Positions 48,409 through 58,853 are shown, counted from the first letter of the whole stretch. The stretch is DNA of 63,954 nucleotides, filler included, from an uncultured bacterium (GCA_964609495.1; 3 parts of 3 records of this genome joined end to end with filler, not necessarily neighbours in it); one strand, 5' to 3'. Numbers and translations are program-made. The notes: generated by a model from the sequence alone, not told the origin.

Positions 48409-49332
48409 ATGACGGAGGAGTTAGATGATAGGTTAGATTTATTTTGTAGGGATAGTTTGGATATCAAGACAACATTTTCTCCCGAAAATATCGCTACTCT
48501 TTATAAGGGAGATTGTCTAGATTTTTTGAGAGGGATTCCTGATAGCGTTATCCAGTTAGTTGTTACCTCTCCCCCTTATAACCTAGGTAAGGAATACGAA
48601 AAGAGATTGGATATTGATGAGTATGTCTCCCAGCAAGGGCAGGTAATTGACGAGTGCTGTCGAGTTCTCAAGGATAGAGGGAGTATCTGTTGGGAAGTAG
48701 GAAATTATGTTGACAGTGGTGAGATTATACCGTTAGATATTTTGCTTTACGATTGCTTTAAGAAAAATGATCTGAAATTGAGGAATCGTATCGTTTGGCA
48801 TTTTGGGCATGGGCTTCACTGCTCGAGACGATTTTCTGGTAGATATGAGACCATCTTATGGTTTACCAAGAGTGATAATTATACATTTAACTTAGATGCA
48901 GTTCGTATTCCTCAAAAATACCCCGGGAAGAGGCACTTCAAAGGACCAAATGTTGGTAAATATTCCAGTAATCCTAAAGGTAAGAATCCCTCAGATGTAT
49001 GGGATATTCCGAATGTTAAGAGCAATCATATCGAAAAAACTATTCATCCCTGCCAATTCCCGGTAGCGCTTGTTCAAAGGTTAGTTTTAGCGCTTTCAGA
49101 TGAGAATGATATTGTATTAGATCCGTTTCTAGGAGTGGGTTCAACGGCGATCGCGGGGATTATCAGTAAACGTAAGGTGGTTGGTTCAGAGATCGTGAGA
49201 GAATATTATGATATTGCGATTAAACGTGTTTCTCTAGCCTATGAGGGCAGATTAAAGATTCGTCCAGATAAGCCAGTTTATAAACCACCAGCCGATACCT
49301 CCCTGACTAGGAATCCATTCCTATTGCACTGA
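48409..49332 (+). CDS. Orphan beta-class N4-cytosine DNA methyltransferase (BglII/BstYI-like)
   Basis: VTSPPYN, RNRIVW.FGHGLH, HPCQFP, LDPFLGVGST; no adjacent endonuclease. Confidence 0.88.
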   Translation: MTEELDDRLDLFCRDSLDIKTTFSPENIATLYKGDCLDFLRGIPDSVIQLVVTSPPYNLGKEYEKRLDIDEYVSQQGQVIDECCRVLKDRGSICWEVGNYVDSGEIIPLDILLYDCFKKNDLKLRNRIVWHFGHGLHCSRRFSGRYETILWFTKSDNYTFNLDAVRIPQKYPGKRHFKGPNVGKYSSNPKGKNPSDVWDIPNVKSNHIEKTIHPCQFPVALVQRLVLALSDENDIVLDPFLGVGSTAIAGIISKRKVVGSEIVREYYDIAIKRVSLAYEGRLKIRPDKPVYKPPADTSLTRNPFLLH

Positions 49333-49365
49333 ATATGATATGATGTTATAGACAAAGGTGGATCT

Positions 49366-50352
49366 ATGAGCGATAATTTTTGGAAGGATAGGAACGTATT
49401 TATAACTGGTTGCACAGGTTTGTTAGGTTCTTGGATGACTCAAGTTCTCTCGGAAAGGAAAGCTAACATCACCGGATTGATAAGGGACTTAGTTCCCCAA
49501 TCTAACCTCAATCGTTCGGGATTCAAAGATAAGATTAACGTGGTTCGAGGATGCCTAGAGGATTACTTTCTATTGGAGAGGGCCTTAAACGAATACGAGA
49601 TAGACACGGTATTTCATCTTGGTGCTCAGACTATAGTGCCAATCGCCAATCGCAATCCTTTAGGAACTTTTGAGTCTAATATTAAGGGGACTTGGAATAT
49701 ACTGGAGGCTTGTCGAAGAACGCCGACGGTATCCAGAGTTATCGTAGCCTCTAGCGATAAGGCTTATGGAGAACATAAGCAACTTCCCTATGATGAGACC
49801 ACTCCCTTGCGAGGTTCACATCCCTATGATGTCTCTAAGAGCTGTTCCGATCTTATCGCCCATTCTTATTTTGAAACCTATCAATTGCCGATCTGTATAA
49901 CCCGCTGTGGCAATCTCTATGGGGGAGGAGATCTTAACTTCAATCGTCTGATCCCTGGGACTATAAAATCTGTTATCTTCTCCCAAAATCCCGTGATCCG
50001 CAGCGATGGAACTTATATTCGCGACTATTTCTTCGTCCTAGATGCAGTGGAGGCTTATCTCCTTTTGGCTGAGAAGATGGATGATAAGAATCTTCATGGG
50101 GAGGCTTTTAACTTCAGTAACGAGATACAGAAGACAGTTTTGGAGCTTACGGAGTTGATATTAGAACTTATGGGAAGGGAGGATCTAAAACCGATAGTCC
50201 TAAACGAAGCTTGGGGAGAGATAAAGCATCAATATCTCTCCGCCCAGAAGGCGCATAAATTGTTGGGGTGGAGCGCTAAATACGCCTTGGAGGAAGGGTT
50301 GAGGAATACTATCGAGTGGTATTGCGATTTCTTTCAAGATAAAAAAATATAG
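49366..50352 (+). CDS. NDP-sugar 4,6-dehydratase (CDP-glucose 4,6-dehydratase-like)
   Basis: [43 protein letters not shown]. Confidence 0.88.
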   Translation: MSDNFWKDRNVFITGCTGLLGSWMTQVLSERKANITGLIRDLVPQSNLNRSGFKDKINVVRGCLEDYFLLERALNEYEIDTVFHLGAQTIVPIANRNPLGTFESNIKGTWNILEACRRTPTVSRVIVASSDKAYGEHKQLPYDETTPLRGSHPYDVSKSCSDLIAHSYFETYQLPICITRCGNLYGGGDLNFNRLIPGTIKSVIFSQNPVIRSDGTYIRDYFFVLDAVEAYLLLAEKMDDKNLHGEAFNFSNEIQKTVLELTELILELMGREDLKPIVLNEAWGEIKHQYLSAQKAHKLLGWSAKYALEEGLRNTIEWYCDFFQDKKI

Positions 50353-50388
50353 AGGGAAAAACCGAAATCGATTTTCGGGTTCGGAGAT

Positions 50389-50488
50389 NNNNNNNNNNNN
50401 NNNNNNNNNNNNNNNNNNNNNNNNNNNNNNNNTTAATTAATTAANNNNNNNNNNNNNNNNNNNNNNNNNNNNNNNNNNNNNNNNNNNN
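50389..50488. other. Artificial contig-joining spacer
   Basis: N44-TTAATTAATTAA-N44. Confidence 0.99.
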
Positions 50489-51246
50489 CCATAGGAATCC
50501 GCAAGCCTATCGATCCCCATCAACATAGGCTGATCTAGATTGAGGACATCAACTCCTATCTCAATCAGATCACCTATTATGTCGAAGATATAACCACAGC
50601 TATGCATATATACATGCAATCCTCGCTGATGGGCAGTATCGAATATCCGTTTGTATCTTCGCTTGAAGAAATCCCTTCACATATCGGGATTTACCAGCAT
50701 CCGATCTTGACATCCCCAATCATCGGCAAAAGCTACACAATCAACTCCACAATCGGCGTAAGCCTCGATCATTATCTTGTGAAAGTTCACCATCCTATCC
50801 TCAAGCTCCCCTAATTTCTCTCGTCGCCTCGGATCGTATAGATCGATGAAGACATTATCCATTCCTCGCAGGAAATGTAATCTTTCAAAGAGAAGATGTC
50901 CCAGATGTCCTATAACATACTTCTTCTCCTCTTCCTTAGCCCACCTAACTTTCTCCTTCAATCCTTTGAAGCGCTCCTCTAAAGTGATTGCCGGAAAGTT
51001 ATAACTTTTGTAATCCTCCCAATCAGCGATGGGATGCCCGGTAACCTGTCCCATCATCTTCTCAAATATCTTCTCCCAAACGCATCCCCACTCGTCCTCA
51101 CCTTTTTGAGATGGCTTCCAACTCTTCGGTGGGCTATATCCCACATTCAATATGTCGCTTCGCTCTACATCGGTTGACCAATATAAGGAAATGCGATCTG
51201 GACCGGAGAACTCGATCGCTCTTTTTACTACTTCATAACTGGTCAT
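50489..51246 (-). pseudogene. Uroporphyrinogen decarboxylase-family protein with an in-frame TGA (50677-50679), truncated by contig edge
   Basis: DEWGCVW, LRG, ADDWG, then PDM*RDFFK…HSCG in the same frame; the paralogue has PNMWRDFFK. Confidence 0.82.
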
Positions 51247-51287
51247 CACAGCTTTTGTATTTTCTCCTTCTGATATTCTCTTTATAC

Positions 51288-52127
51288 TCAGCCTTTCATT
51301 CCAGAGAGGACCATTCCACTGATTATCTGCTTCTGCCCTAGAATAAAAACTATCAACACCGGGATCGTAGCGATGACCGTTCCCGTCATAATCAAATTCC
51401 AGCGAGGTCCTCCATACTCCCACATAAAAGTGGCTAAACCGAGGGGAATAGTTCTCATACTCATCTTATTTATAACTATAACTGGCCATAGGAAGGAATC
51501 CCAATTCCAGATAAATAAGAGAACTCCCAAAGTCGCCAGGGCCGGACGACAAGCGGGTAGGACGATCCGCCAGTAGATTCCAAACTCGGAGCATCCATCG
51601 ATCCTCCCGGCATCAATGAGTTCATCTGGTATAGTTCTAATAAACTGCCTCATCAGAAAGATACCATAGGCGCTTACTAAACTGGGAATGATCAGAGCCC
51701 CATAGGTATCTATTAGATGAAACTTATCCATAAGCATATAAAGAGGTATGATCAAGACCGGAAAAGGAATCATCATCGTAGCCAAGATGATTATAAATAT
51801 TGTATCGCGCCCTTTGAAATTGAACTTGGCGAAGGCATATCCCGCCAGCGAGCTGGTGAAAAGACACGCGACCACCACTACCGAGGCTACGATGAAGCTG
51901 TTCTTGAAGAAAGTGAGAAAGGGGACTTCTCGCATAACTTGAGGATAGTTCTGTAAAGTGGGAGCATCTGGGATCCAATCGGGAGGCCATTTAAATACCT
52001 CTGCCACTGGCTTAAAAGAGGTGGAAACCATCCAGGCGAAAGGTGTTAGCATAATTACTACTAGGACTATAACGAATATCCAACTGCCTATGGAGATAGA
52101 TGTTTTTCTTGATCCTCTACTCATCAT
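51288..52127 (-). CDS. Carbohydrate ABC transporter permease (MalG-like)
   Basis: PF.WM..TSFK, AGYAFAK..F.GR, IPDELIDAGRIDG, WDSFLWP. Confidence 0.95.
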   Translation of the reverse strand: MMSRGSRKTSISIGSWIFVIVLVVIMLTPFAWMVSTSFKPVAEVFKWPPDWIPDAPTLQNYPQVMREVPFLTFFKNSFIVASVVVVACLFTSSLAGYAFAKFNFKGRDTIFIIILATMMIPFPVLIIPLYMLMDKFHLIDTYGALIIPSLVSAYGIFLMRQFIRTIPDELIDAGRIDGCSEFGIYWRIVLPACRPALATLGVLLFIWNWDSFLWPVIVINKMSMRTIPLGLATFMWEYGGPRWNLIMTGTVIATIPVLIVFILGQKQIISGMVLSGMKG

Positions 52128-52154
52128 TTTGAGTAGTTCTCCTCTCTAATTTCG

Positions 52155-53033
52155 CTAATAGATTATATCGGAGTGGAAATACTTTAGTTGGAGAATGGTC
52201 GCGATGAGGATAATACCGAAGAGGATAAAGGCTAAGGAGGAGGCTTCTCCCATCCTTAGAAACTGAAAGCCTCGGAAGTATATCTCCAAAACTATCGTAT
52301 TGGTAGCTGTTCCTGGTCCCCCTCTGGTCATAATGAAGGTCTGGACGAAGACCTGAAAGGCACCTATTACACCGGTAGCGAAGAGAAAGACGGTGACGTT
52401 CTTTAATAAAGGTAGGGTGATATACCTGATAGTATTCCAGGAGTTCGCACCATCCACCTTGGCGGCATCGTAATATTGCTCAGGGATATTGACTAATCCC
52501 GCTATGTAGATTATCATCGTGAAACCGACATATTTCCAGACCGTCATCATGATGATCGATGGCATAGCCAATTTCGGATCTTTAAGCCAGTTATAGGGGC
52601 CCAATCCAATTTTACCCAACATATGATTGAAGAGCCCAAAGGTGGGCTGATATAGCCATATCCAAACTATCGAGACTGCTACCATCGAGGTGATGACCGG
52701 GATAAAGCTCGTTATTCTTACTGTAGAGCGGAGGAATCCTTTGAGCCCTTGGGCGATTAGAGCTAGAATTAAGCCGAGTATGTTGACGGAGAATACATAA
52801 GCGACGACGAAGTATAAAGTGTTATAAAGTGCTCCCTGAAAGCGATTTTCCTGGAGGACTTTGATATAATTTCCTAGTCCAATGAAAGGCTTATCTTGAG
52901 CTAGAAGATTCCAGTCGAAGAAGCTTATATAGAAAGCGTAGAAGACGGGGAAAGCTACTAAACAAAGAACAGCTAAGATCGGAGGAGTTATGAAGAGATA
53001 AGGAGTGATCTTTTTGGCTAATTTATAGTTCAA
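52155..53033 (-). CDS. Sugar ABC transporter permease (MalF-like)
   Basis: FIGLGNY, G.FN, WK.VGF, YDAAKVDGA, ITLPLL, T.GGP. Confidence 0.95.
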   Translation of the reverse strand: MNYKLAKKITPYLFITPPILAVLCLVAFPVFYAFYISFFDWNLLAQDKPFIGLGNYIKVLQENRFQGALYNTLYFVVAYVFSVNILGLILALIAQGLKGFLRSTVRITSFIPVITSMVAVSIVWIWLYQPTFGLFNHMLGKIGLGPYNWLKDPKLAMPSIIMMTVWKYVGFTMIIYIAGLVNIPEQYYDAAKVDGANSWNTIRYITLPLLKNVTVFLFATGVIGAFQVFVQTFIMTRGGPGTATNTIVLEIYFRGFQFLRMGEASSLAFILFGIILIATILQLKYFHSDIIY

Positions 53034-53066
53034 CTTCTCTCACCTCTCGAATCATTTTTAACAGAA

Positions 53067-53094
53067 GGCGGTCGGGTATGAGAACCCAACCGCC
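53067..53094 (-). terminator. Stem-loop after the solute-binding protein gene
   Basis: GGCGGTTGGGT…ACCCGACCGCC; second copy at 56397-56424. Confidence 0.55.
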
Positions 53095-53120
53095 ATAACT
53101 CATCACTTCTGAAACCGAGT

Positions 53121-54323
53121 CTATCGGGAGAGGATCTTATCCACTCCCTCCGCCGCTAAGGAGAGAGCCTCCTCCGCGGTGATCTCACCACTTAAGAATC
53201 TCTCCGCTTGGATATCGATCTCCCTCTGAATCTCAGGCCAGTCAGGAGTTGCTGGAAGACGTTGGCTATAGGGCAGGTTCTCTAAGTAGGTATTCATCCA
53301 GGGATCATCTTTATATCTCTCGAGAGAATCCTTTCTCGCTACTCCATGTCCGATATCATCGAAGAGAGGATTAACCTCTTCGCTGGCGATGAATCTGAAG
53401 TAACCCCAAGCGATAGCCTTCTCATTATCGGGCTTGTTCTTATTGACCACCCAAGTCCAATAATAGCAGTTGGCTATCGGCTCATTGGTCTTAGTTCCCT
53501 TAGGAGCTGGCAGAACACTGATGTTAAGCTGAGGAGCGTTCTGTTCATAATAAGTTCGCATATACCAGCCACTGAAGGTAGTAGTGAGCTTCCCCACAAC
53601 GAAGGCATCAGGGATAATATCGATAGGAGCTAGTTTCTTGTAGTCTTCTAAGGAAGCCACTGCGCCAGGAGTGTTAAGGGCCGCCTTTTTCAGATCCTCG
53701 GTTAAATATGCCTCTCCGTATCCCCACAGCAGGGGACTCCAATGCTGTTGAAGCCAGCCCCCCGAACCCGAGGTCGAAAGGGATACTCCGAACTGCTGCT
53801 GTTTAGGATCGGTCGCCTTCTCCTGAAGGACCAGCCACTCAGGATAGGAGGTGGGATAATCCAATCCGAGCTTTTCGAAGAGATCCACATTTATGATGGG
53901 TAGCACCACGAAGGGGCAGGGATAACCGTATGATTTCCCCTTGAATTTGGATTGCTCAACAGTAACAGGGAATATATTAGCCTCAAGGTCAGCTATGATA
54001 TCGGCAGGAGTCTCATCCAGATATCCACTCTCAGCTAGGCGGATCATATTGGGATAGTAGCTCCAGAACATATGAGGACCCGATCCCGCCGCGAACATAG
54101 CTAAAATCTTAGGATCGAAGTCTCCGTGAGGGACATGGGAGTACTCCATCGAAACGTCGGGGTTTCTCTCCATATACATTTTCAGTGTTTTGTCCAAAAG
54201 GTCATTGAAGGGTTTAAACGTGTGAGTCATAAAGTTTATCTTAGTTTTTGCGGCTGAAGTTTGTGCAGCAAAGGCAAAGACAAGTATCATCGCGATAAGC
54301 AATATCAGACTTTTCTTAAACAT
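53121..54323 (-). CDS. Sugar ABC transporter solute-binding protein (copy 1)
   Basis: Signal peptide, AAGSGP, GK.YG.P, N.DLFEK.GL, GEITAEEAL. Confidence 0.92.
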   Translation of the reverse strand: MFKKSLILLIAMILVFAFAAQTSAAKTKINFMTHTFKPFNDLLDKTLKMYMERNPDVSMEYSHVPHGDFDPKILAMFAAGSGPHMFWSYYPNMIRLAESGYLDETPADIIADLEANIFPVTVEQSKFKGKSYGYPCPFVVLPIINVDLFEKLGLDYPTSYPEWLVLQEKATDPKQQQFGVSLSTSGSGGWLQQHWSPLLWGYGEAYLTEDLKKAALNTPGAVASLEDYKKLAPIDIIPDAFVVGKLTTTFSGWYMRTYYEQNAPQLNISVLPAPKGTKTNEPIANCYYWTWVVNKNKPDNEKAIAWGYFRFIASEEVNPLFDDIGHGVARKDSLERYKDDPWMNTYLENLPYSQRLPATPDWPEIQREIDIQAERFLSGEITAEEALSLAAEGVDKILSR

Positions 54324-54632
54324 CTGCTTTCCTCCTTTGGTTTATAAAATGATAGATGCGGCTGATAAATACAGCTCACATTTTAAGATTTCCTCCCTAA
54401 TGATCCCTCCTTTCAAATTCAAGTTTGACAGCTAGTAATCATCTGATTCTTGCGATCGTAAAGAGATAAAAAAATTCTATAATTTGATACATTTCTTTCA
54501 CCTTAACCAGCTTTTAATTCTATTCCCAATCTCCTTCTTAGCTTGCCTTCTGAGTGATTCAGCTTTCTAATTCCTTTAATCTGGATTCAGTATAGCCTAG
54601 TACCTGAATAGTTATTGTGAATTACATCTCTG

Positions 54633-56204
54633 TTAATCATTATCATCTGGCAGGAAGCTAGTTTGTATCTTATTTTCTTTATACTTGCGTTTAGCTTTCT
54701 TAAACGTTCCTATTCCTTGTCTTGGGCATTCTAACTGCTTCCCTGCTAGTAAATCTGCGATGGTAAGAATCTGTATTCTGGGAAAGCGACGGCCAGGAAA
54801 TTTTGGGGATTCATAAAAACCTGCTGAAGCAGCTTCCTTCAGCATTGGTTTTGTGGGGTTTCTTAGGGTGATGAAAGCCCCGATTGTGGCATTTTCCCTT
54901 TCTAATACTCCTCTGAGATCTCGTATCTGACTTACTGTAACATGACCACTCTTAACTTGGACAACAACACTCTTGGCCTTTCTGGTGTCATCGTCGAAAA
55001 AATTTATATAACCGTCTATACCTCTATCAGCACCCTTCTTCTGTTTGCCTACTGGAAAGGCATCGACTAAGCCAATAGCCCACCATTCAAATTGGTAAGG
55101 GCTTTGTTTCGCCAGGGCTTCGGCACTTCGCAAATCTTTAGGATCGCCGAGAACTTCATAAGGGGACAACTCTGCTCCGAAAGTATCTTCTAGTCGGTGT
55201 TTTATAAGAGCAATAGCTAGATGAGTAATATCTATTCCTATCCAGTGTCGGTTAAGCTGTTCTGCTACTGCTACTGTAGTCCCACAACCACAGAAGGGAT
55301 CAAGAACAATATCCCTTTCGTTACTACTGGCTTTGATAATACGCTCTAGCAGAGCTTCTGGCTTCTGGGTAGGGTAACCTAGTCTTTCACGTGCTTGAGA
55401 ATTTATAATTGGAATATCTGTTATTATATCTGAGGCTAAAACCATTGTCTCTTCTTTATAGACAGTTCGGGCAAACTTAGAGGTGTCCAGTCTCCCTTTC
55501 TTTACTGCTTGTTTTACTTTTTCTCTATCATAAACAATAAGTTGTGGCTTTCTTTCCCCATTTATTAGAACAACATTTTGATCCCAACCTTTATCAAACT
55601 TTTTCTGATGAATCTTTGTCGGTTTAGTTTTTACCTTGTTAAATAAATAATCTTCTGTCTTTGTATAAAACAAAATGACATCATGCATTCTTTGAAATTG
55701 CTTTCCAGGAGCACTCCATCTCCTATAATGCCATATAATCTCATTCCTGAAATGTTTATGACCAAACACTGCATCCATAACTAATTTCAAATAATGACTC
55801 GCTGTTGGATCACAATGCAAGTAGATGCTCCCTGTAGATTTCAACACTCGGTGCAACTCCACTAGCCGTATTGTCATCATAACTAGGTAGGCCATCATAT
55901 CATTTCTTCTCAAGAATTGAATTAGCGCTTGCAATAGGTCAGCTACCTTCCTAGGCCCTTGCTCTACCACTTCGTAGTAAGCTTCTTCTGCTTTTATATC
56001 CCAGTGCCATGTATCTTCAAAGGCAGTTATCTGAGCAGATGATTGACTACCGTTAGCTTCTCGGTAAAGGACATTATAACTAGCTTTGGAGTTGAAAGGT
56101 GGATCCAGATAGATCAGATCTACACTCTCGTCCGTGATATACTTACGCATTATATCCAGGTTATCTCCAAAGTATAGTTTATTCTTCCAATCGCTCTTGG
56201 ACAT
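54633..56204 (-). CDS. DNA adenine methyltransferase-Mrr-like fusion, paralogue of 15344-16969
   Basis: DPPF, YPTQKPEALL, LDPFCGCGTT, ADRGIDG…VQVKSG. Confidence 0.9.
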   Translation of the reverse strand: MSKSDWKNKLYFGDNLDIMRKYITDESVDLIYLDPPFNSKASYNVLYREANGSQSSAQITAFEDTWHWDIKAEEAYYEVVEQGPRKVADLLQALIQFLRRNDMMAYLVMMTIRLVELHRVLKSTGSIYLHCDPTASHYLKLVMDAVFGHKHFRNEIIWHYRRWSAPGKQFQRMHDVILFYTKTEDYLFNKVKTKPTKIHQKKFDKGWDQNVVLINGERKPQLIVYDREKVKQAVKKGRLDTSKFARTVYKEETMVLASDIITDIPIINSQARERLGYPTQKPEALLERIIKASSNERDIVLDPFCGCGTTVAVAEQLNRHWIGIDITHLAIALIKHRLEDTFGAELSPYEVLGDPKDLRSAEALAKQSPYQFEWWAIGLVDAFPVGKQKKGADRGIDGYINFFDDDTRKAKSVVVQVKSGHVTVSQIRDLRGVLERENATIGAFITLRNPTKPMLKEAASAGFYESPKFPGRRFPRIQILTIADLLAGKQLECPRQGIGTFKKAKRKYKENKIQTSFLPDDND

Positions 56205-56243
56205 CTGTTGACCATCCTTGAATTAACTTATTACTGCTATGGT

Positions 56244-56329
56244 TTATTATATCACAGATTAAAAGAATTTTCAAGCTACCTTTAAAATTAGAATCTGCTG
56301 ATCTCGAAAAATAAGAAAATTAGCCAGAA
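56244..56329 (-). promoter_or_regulatory. Duplicated promoter segment, copy 1 (upstream of the methyltransferase)
   Basis: TTGAAA-17-TATAAT with extended TG; direct repeat of 58888-58965. Confidence 0.8.
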
Positions 56330-56335
56330 AAGAGC

Positions 56336-57762
56336 GATCTTTTTTGGCTAATTTATAGTTCAACTTCTCTCACCTCTCGAATCACTTGTAATATAAGGCG
56401 GTTGAGTGTGGTAACCCAACCGCCATAACTCATCACTTCTGAGACTACGTTTATCGGGAGAGGATCTTATCCACTCCCTCCGCCGCTAAGGAGAGAGCCT
56501 CCTCCGCGGTGATCTCACCACTTAAGAATCTCTCCGCTTGGATATCGATCTCCCTCTGAATCTCAGGCCAGTCAGGAGTTGCTGGAAGACGTTGGCTATA
56601 GGGCAGGTTCTCTAAGTAGGTATTCATCCAGGGATCATCTTTATATCTCTCGAGAGAATCCTTTCTCGCTACTCCATGTCCGATATCATCGAAGAGAGGA
56701 TTAACCTCTTCGCTGGCGATGAATCTGAAGTAACCCCAAGCGATAGCCTTCTCATTATCGGGCTTGTTCTTATTGACCACCCAAGTCCAATAATAGCAGT
56801 TGGCTATCGGCTCATTGGTCTTAGTTCCCTTAGGAGCTGGCAGAACACTGATGTTAAGCTGAGGAGCGTTCTGTTCATAATAAGTTCGCATATACCAGCC
56901 ACTGAAGGTAGTAGTGAGCTTCCCCACAACGAAGGCATCAGGGATAATATCGATAGGAGCTAGTTTCTTGTAGTCTTCTAAGGAAGCCACTGCGCCAGGA
57001 GTGTTAAGGGCCGCCTTTTTCAGATCCTCGGTTAAATATGCCTCTCCGTATCCCCACAGCAGGGGACTCCAATGCTGTTGAATCCACCCTCCCGAACCCG
57101 AGGTCGAAAGGGATATTCCGAACTGCTGTTGCTTAGGATCGGTTGCCTTCTCCTGAAGCTCCAGCCATTCGGGATAGGAGGTGGGATAATCCAATCCGAG
57201 CTTTTCGAAGAGATCTATATTTATGATGGGTAGCACTACGAAGGGACAGGGATAACCGTAGGTTTTCCCCTTATACTTAGATTGCTCAATCGTAACGGGA
57301 AATACATCTGCTTCGAGGTCAGCTATGATATCTGCCGGAGTCTCATCGAGATACCCATTCTCAGCTAGGCGGATCATATTGGGATAGTAGCTCCAGAACA
57401 TATGTGGACCCGATCCCGCCGCGAACATAGCTAGGATCTTAGGATCGAAGTCTCCGTGAGGGACATGGGAGTATTCGATGGAGACATCGGGGTGTTTCTC
57501 CACATACATCCCCAATGTTTTGTCCAAGAGGTCATTGAAGGGTTTATGTGTGTGAGTCATAAAGATTATCTTAGTTTTTGCGGCTGAAGTTTGTCCAACG
57601 AGGGCGAAGACAAGTGTCAATGCGATAAACAGTATCAAGCTTTTCTTAAACATCTGCTTTCCTCCTTTGGTTTATCCTTATAAAATGATAGATACGGCTG
57701 GTAGATACGGCTCACATTTTAAGACTTCTTCCCTAATAATCCCTCCTTTCAAATTCAAGTTT
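56336..57762 (-). repeat. ~1.4-kb duplication of 53007-54425 (solute-binding gene, its leader and the first codons of the permease)
   Basis: 53122-53752 reads identical to 56452-57082; the rest shows scattered substitutions. Confidence 0.95.
56451..57653 (-). CDS. Sugar ABC transporter solute-binding protein (copy 2)
   Basis: Near-identical to 53121-54323. Confidence 0.92.
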   Translation of the reverse strand: MFKKSLILFIALTLVFALVGQTSAAKTKIIFMTHTHKPFNDLLDKTLGMYVEKHPDVSIEYSHVPHGDFDPKILAMFAAGSGPHMFWSYYPNMIRLAENGYLDETPADIIADLEADVFPVTIEQSKYKGKTYGYPCPFVVLPIINIDLFEKLGLDYPTSYPEWLELQEKATDPKQQQFGISLSTSGSGGWIQQHWSPLLWGYGEAYLTEDLKKAALNTPGAVASLEDYKKLAPIDIIPDAFVVGKLTTTFSGWYMRTYYEQNAPQLNISVLPAPKGTKTNEPIANCYYWTWVVNKNKPDNEKAIAWGYFRFIASEEVNPLFDDIGHGVARKDSLERYKDDPWMNTYLENLPYSQRLPATPDWPEIQREIDIQAERFLSGEITAEEALSLAAEGVDKILSR

Positions 57763-57812
57763 TATAGTTAGTAATTAGGGGATATCTGCCAAGAGGATTA
57801 CCTTTTACTGTC

Positions 57813-58784
57813 TCAGCCTCCTACCTGTTTAAAGGGATTATATCGCTTGAATGTCGAATACATAATTTCAATTCCATCCTCGGGAAGATCGATATCACCT
57901 GGAGGATATTCCTTTCCTATAAAGCCCCCGTTGAACTTGCCCAAGGCATTTATCATATGCTTAGCTTCCCTAGCGATCTCCTCCAGATCCCCCTTAGGAA
58001 GAACCTGCTGAATATCCACTGGACAGCAGAAACAGACCTTCCCTCCATAGGAATCCGCAAGCCTATCGATCCCCATCAACATAGGCTGATCTAGATTGAA
58101 GACATCAACCCCTATCTCAATCAGATCACCTATTATGTCGAAGATATAGCCACAGCTATGGAATAAGACATGCATCCCCAAGGAATGAATAAGATCGAAC
58201 TGCATCTTATATCTTCCCTTGAAGAAATCTCTCCACATATTGGGAGATATCATCAGCGCATTTTGCGTTCCCCAATCATCAGCGAACCAAATACCATCAA
58301 TATCGAATTGGCTATATCCCTTGATTATCTCCATCTCGATCTCGAAGCAACGATCGGCTAACTCCTCAAGCTTATCCCGATTAAGATATAAGTCCTCTAA
58401 TAGATGATCGTATCCCCTTAAAAATGTCATGCGATTGAAACCAGTGACGCTTATAACTGCGGAGATATAACGGTCGCTGTATTTATCTATTACCTCAGCT
58501 ATACCATCGAATCTTTCGTCTGCATGAGGATCGGGGAACTTATAATTCGGATAATCATCCCAATCTGCGATGGGATGTCCGGTAACCTGTCCCATCGTCT
58601 TCTCTAACTTCTCCCAAACGCATCCCCACTCGTCCTCAACTTTTTGATATGACTCCCAAGTCGGATGGGTATATCCCACATCCACTATGTCGCTTCGCTC
58701 TAAATCAGTTGACCAAAGTATGGGAATACGATCTGGTCCGGAAAACTCGATCGCTCTTTTTACTACTTCATAACTGGTCATCAT
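57813..58784 (-). CDS. Uroporphyrinogen decarboxylase (URO-D/MtaA)-family protein
   Basis: PDRIP, DEWGCVW, LRG, ADDWGTQ, FHSCG, VDIQ.VLP.G. Confidence 0.88.
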   Translation of the reverse strand: MMTSYEVVKRAIEFSGPDRIPILWSTDLERSDIVDVGYTHPTWESYQKVEDEWGCVWEKLEKTMGQVTGHPIADWDDYPNYKFPDPHADERFDGIAEVIDKYSDRYISAVISVTGFNRMTFLRGYDHLLEDLYLNRDKLEELADRCFEIEMEIIKGYSQFDIDGIWFADDWGTQNALMISPNMWRDFFKGRYKMQFDLIHSLGMHVLFHSCGYIFDIIGDLIEIGVDVFNLDQPMLMGIDRLADSYGGKVCFCCPVDIQQVLPKGDLEEIAREAKHMINALGKFNGGFIGKEYPPGDIDLPEDGIEIMYSTFKRYNPFKQVGG

Positions 58785-58800
58785 AGCTTTATTATCTCCT

Positions 58801-58853
58801 TCCTGATGTTCTCTTTATACTCAACCCTTCATTCCTGAGAGGATCATTTCACT
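58801..58853 (-). pseudogene. Remnant of the 3' end of the MalG-like permease
   Basis: Matches 51268-51320 (…SGM.LSGMKG* plus the intergenic spacer). Confidence 0.75.

Noticed and set aside
50677-50679. TGA as evidence for genetic code 4/25 or selenocysteine
   Set aside because: Many intact genes here end in TGA at their expected termini, and the homologous residue is Trp, not Cys.
51247-51423. N-terminal extension of the 50677-51423 ORF
   Set aside because: It overlaps the permease in another frame; the paralogue shows the real start at MTSYEVVK.
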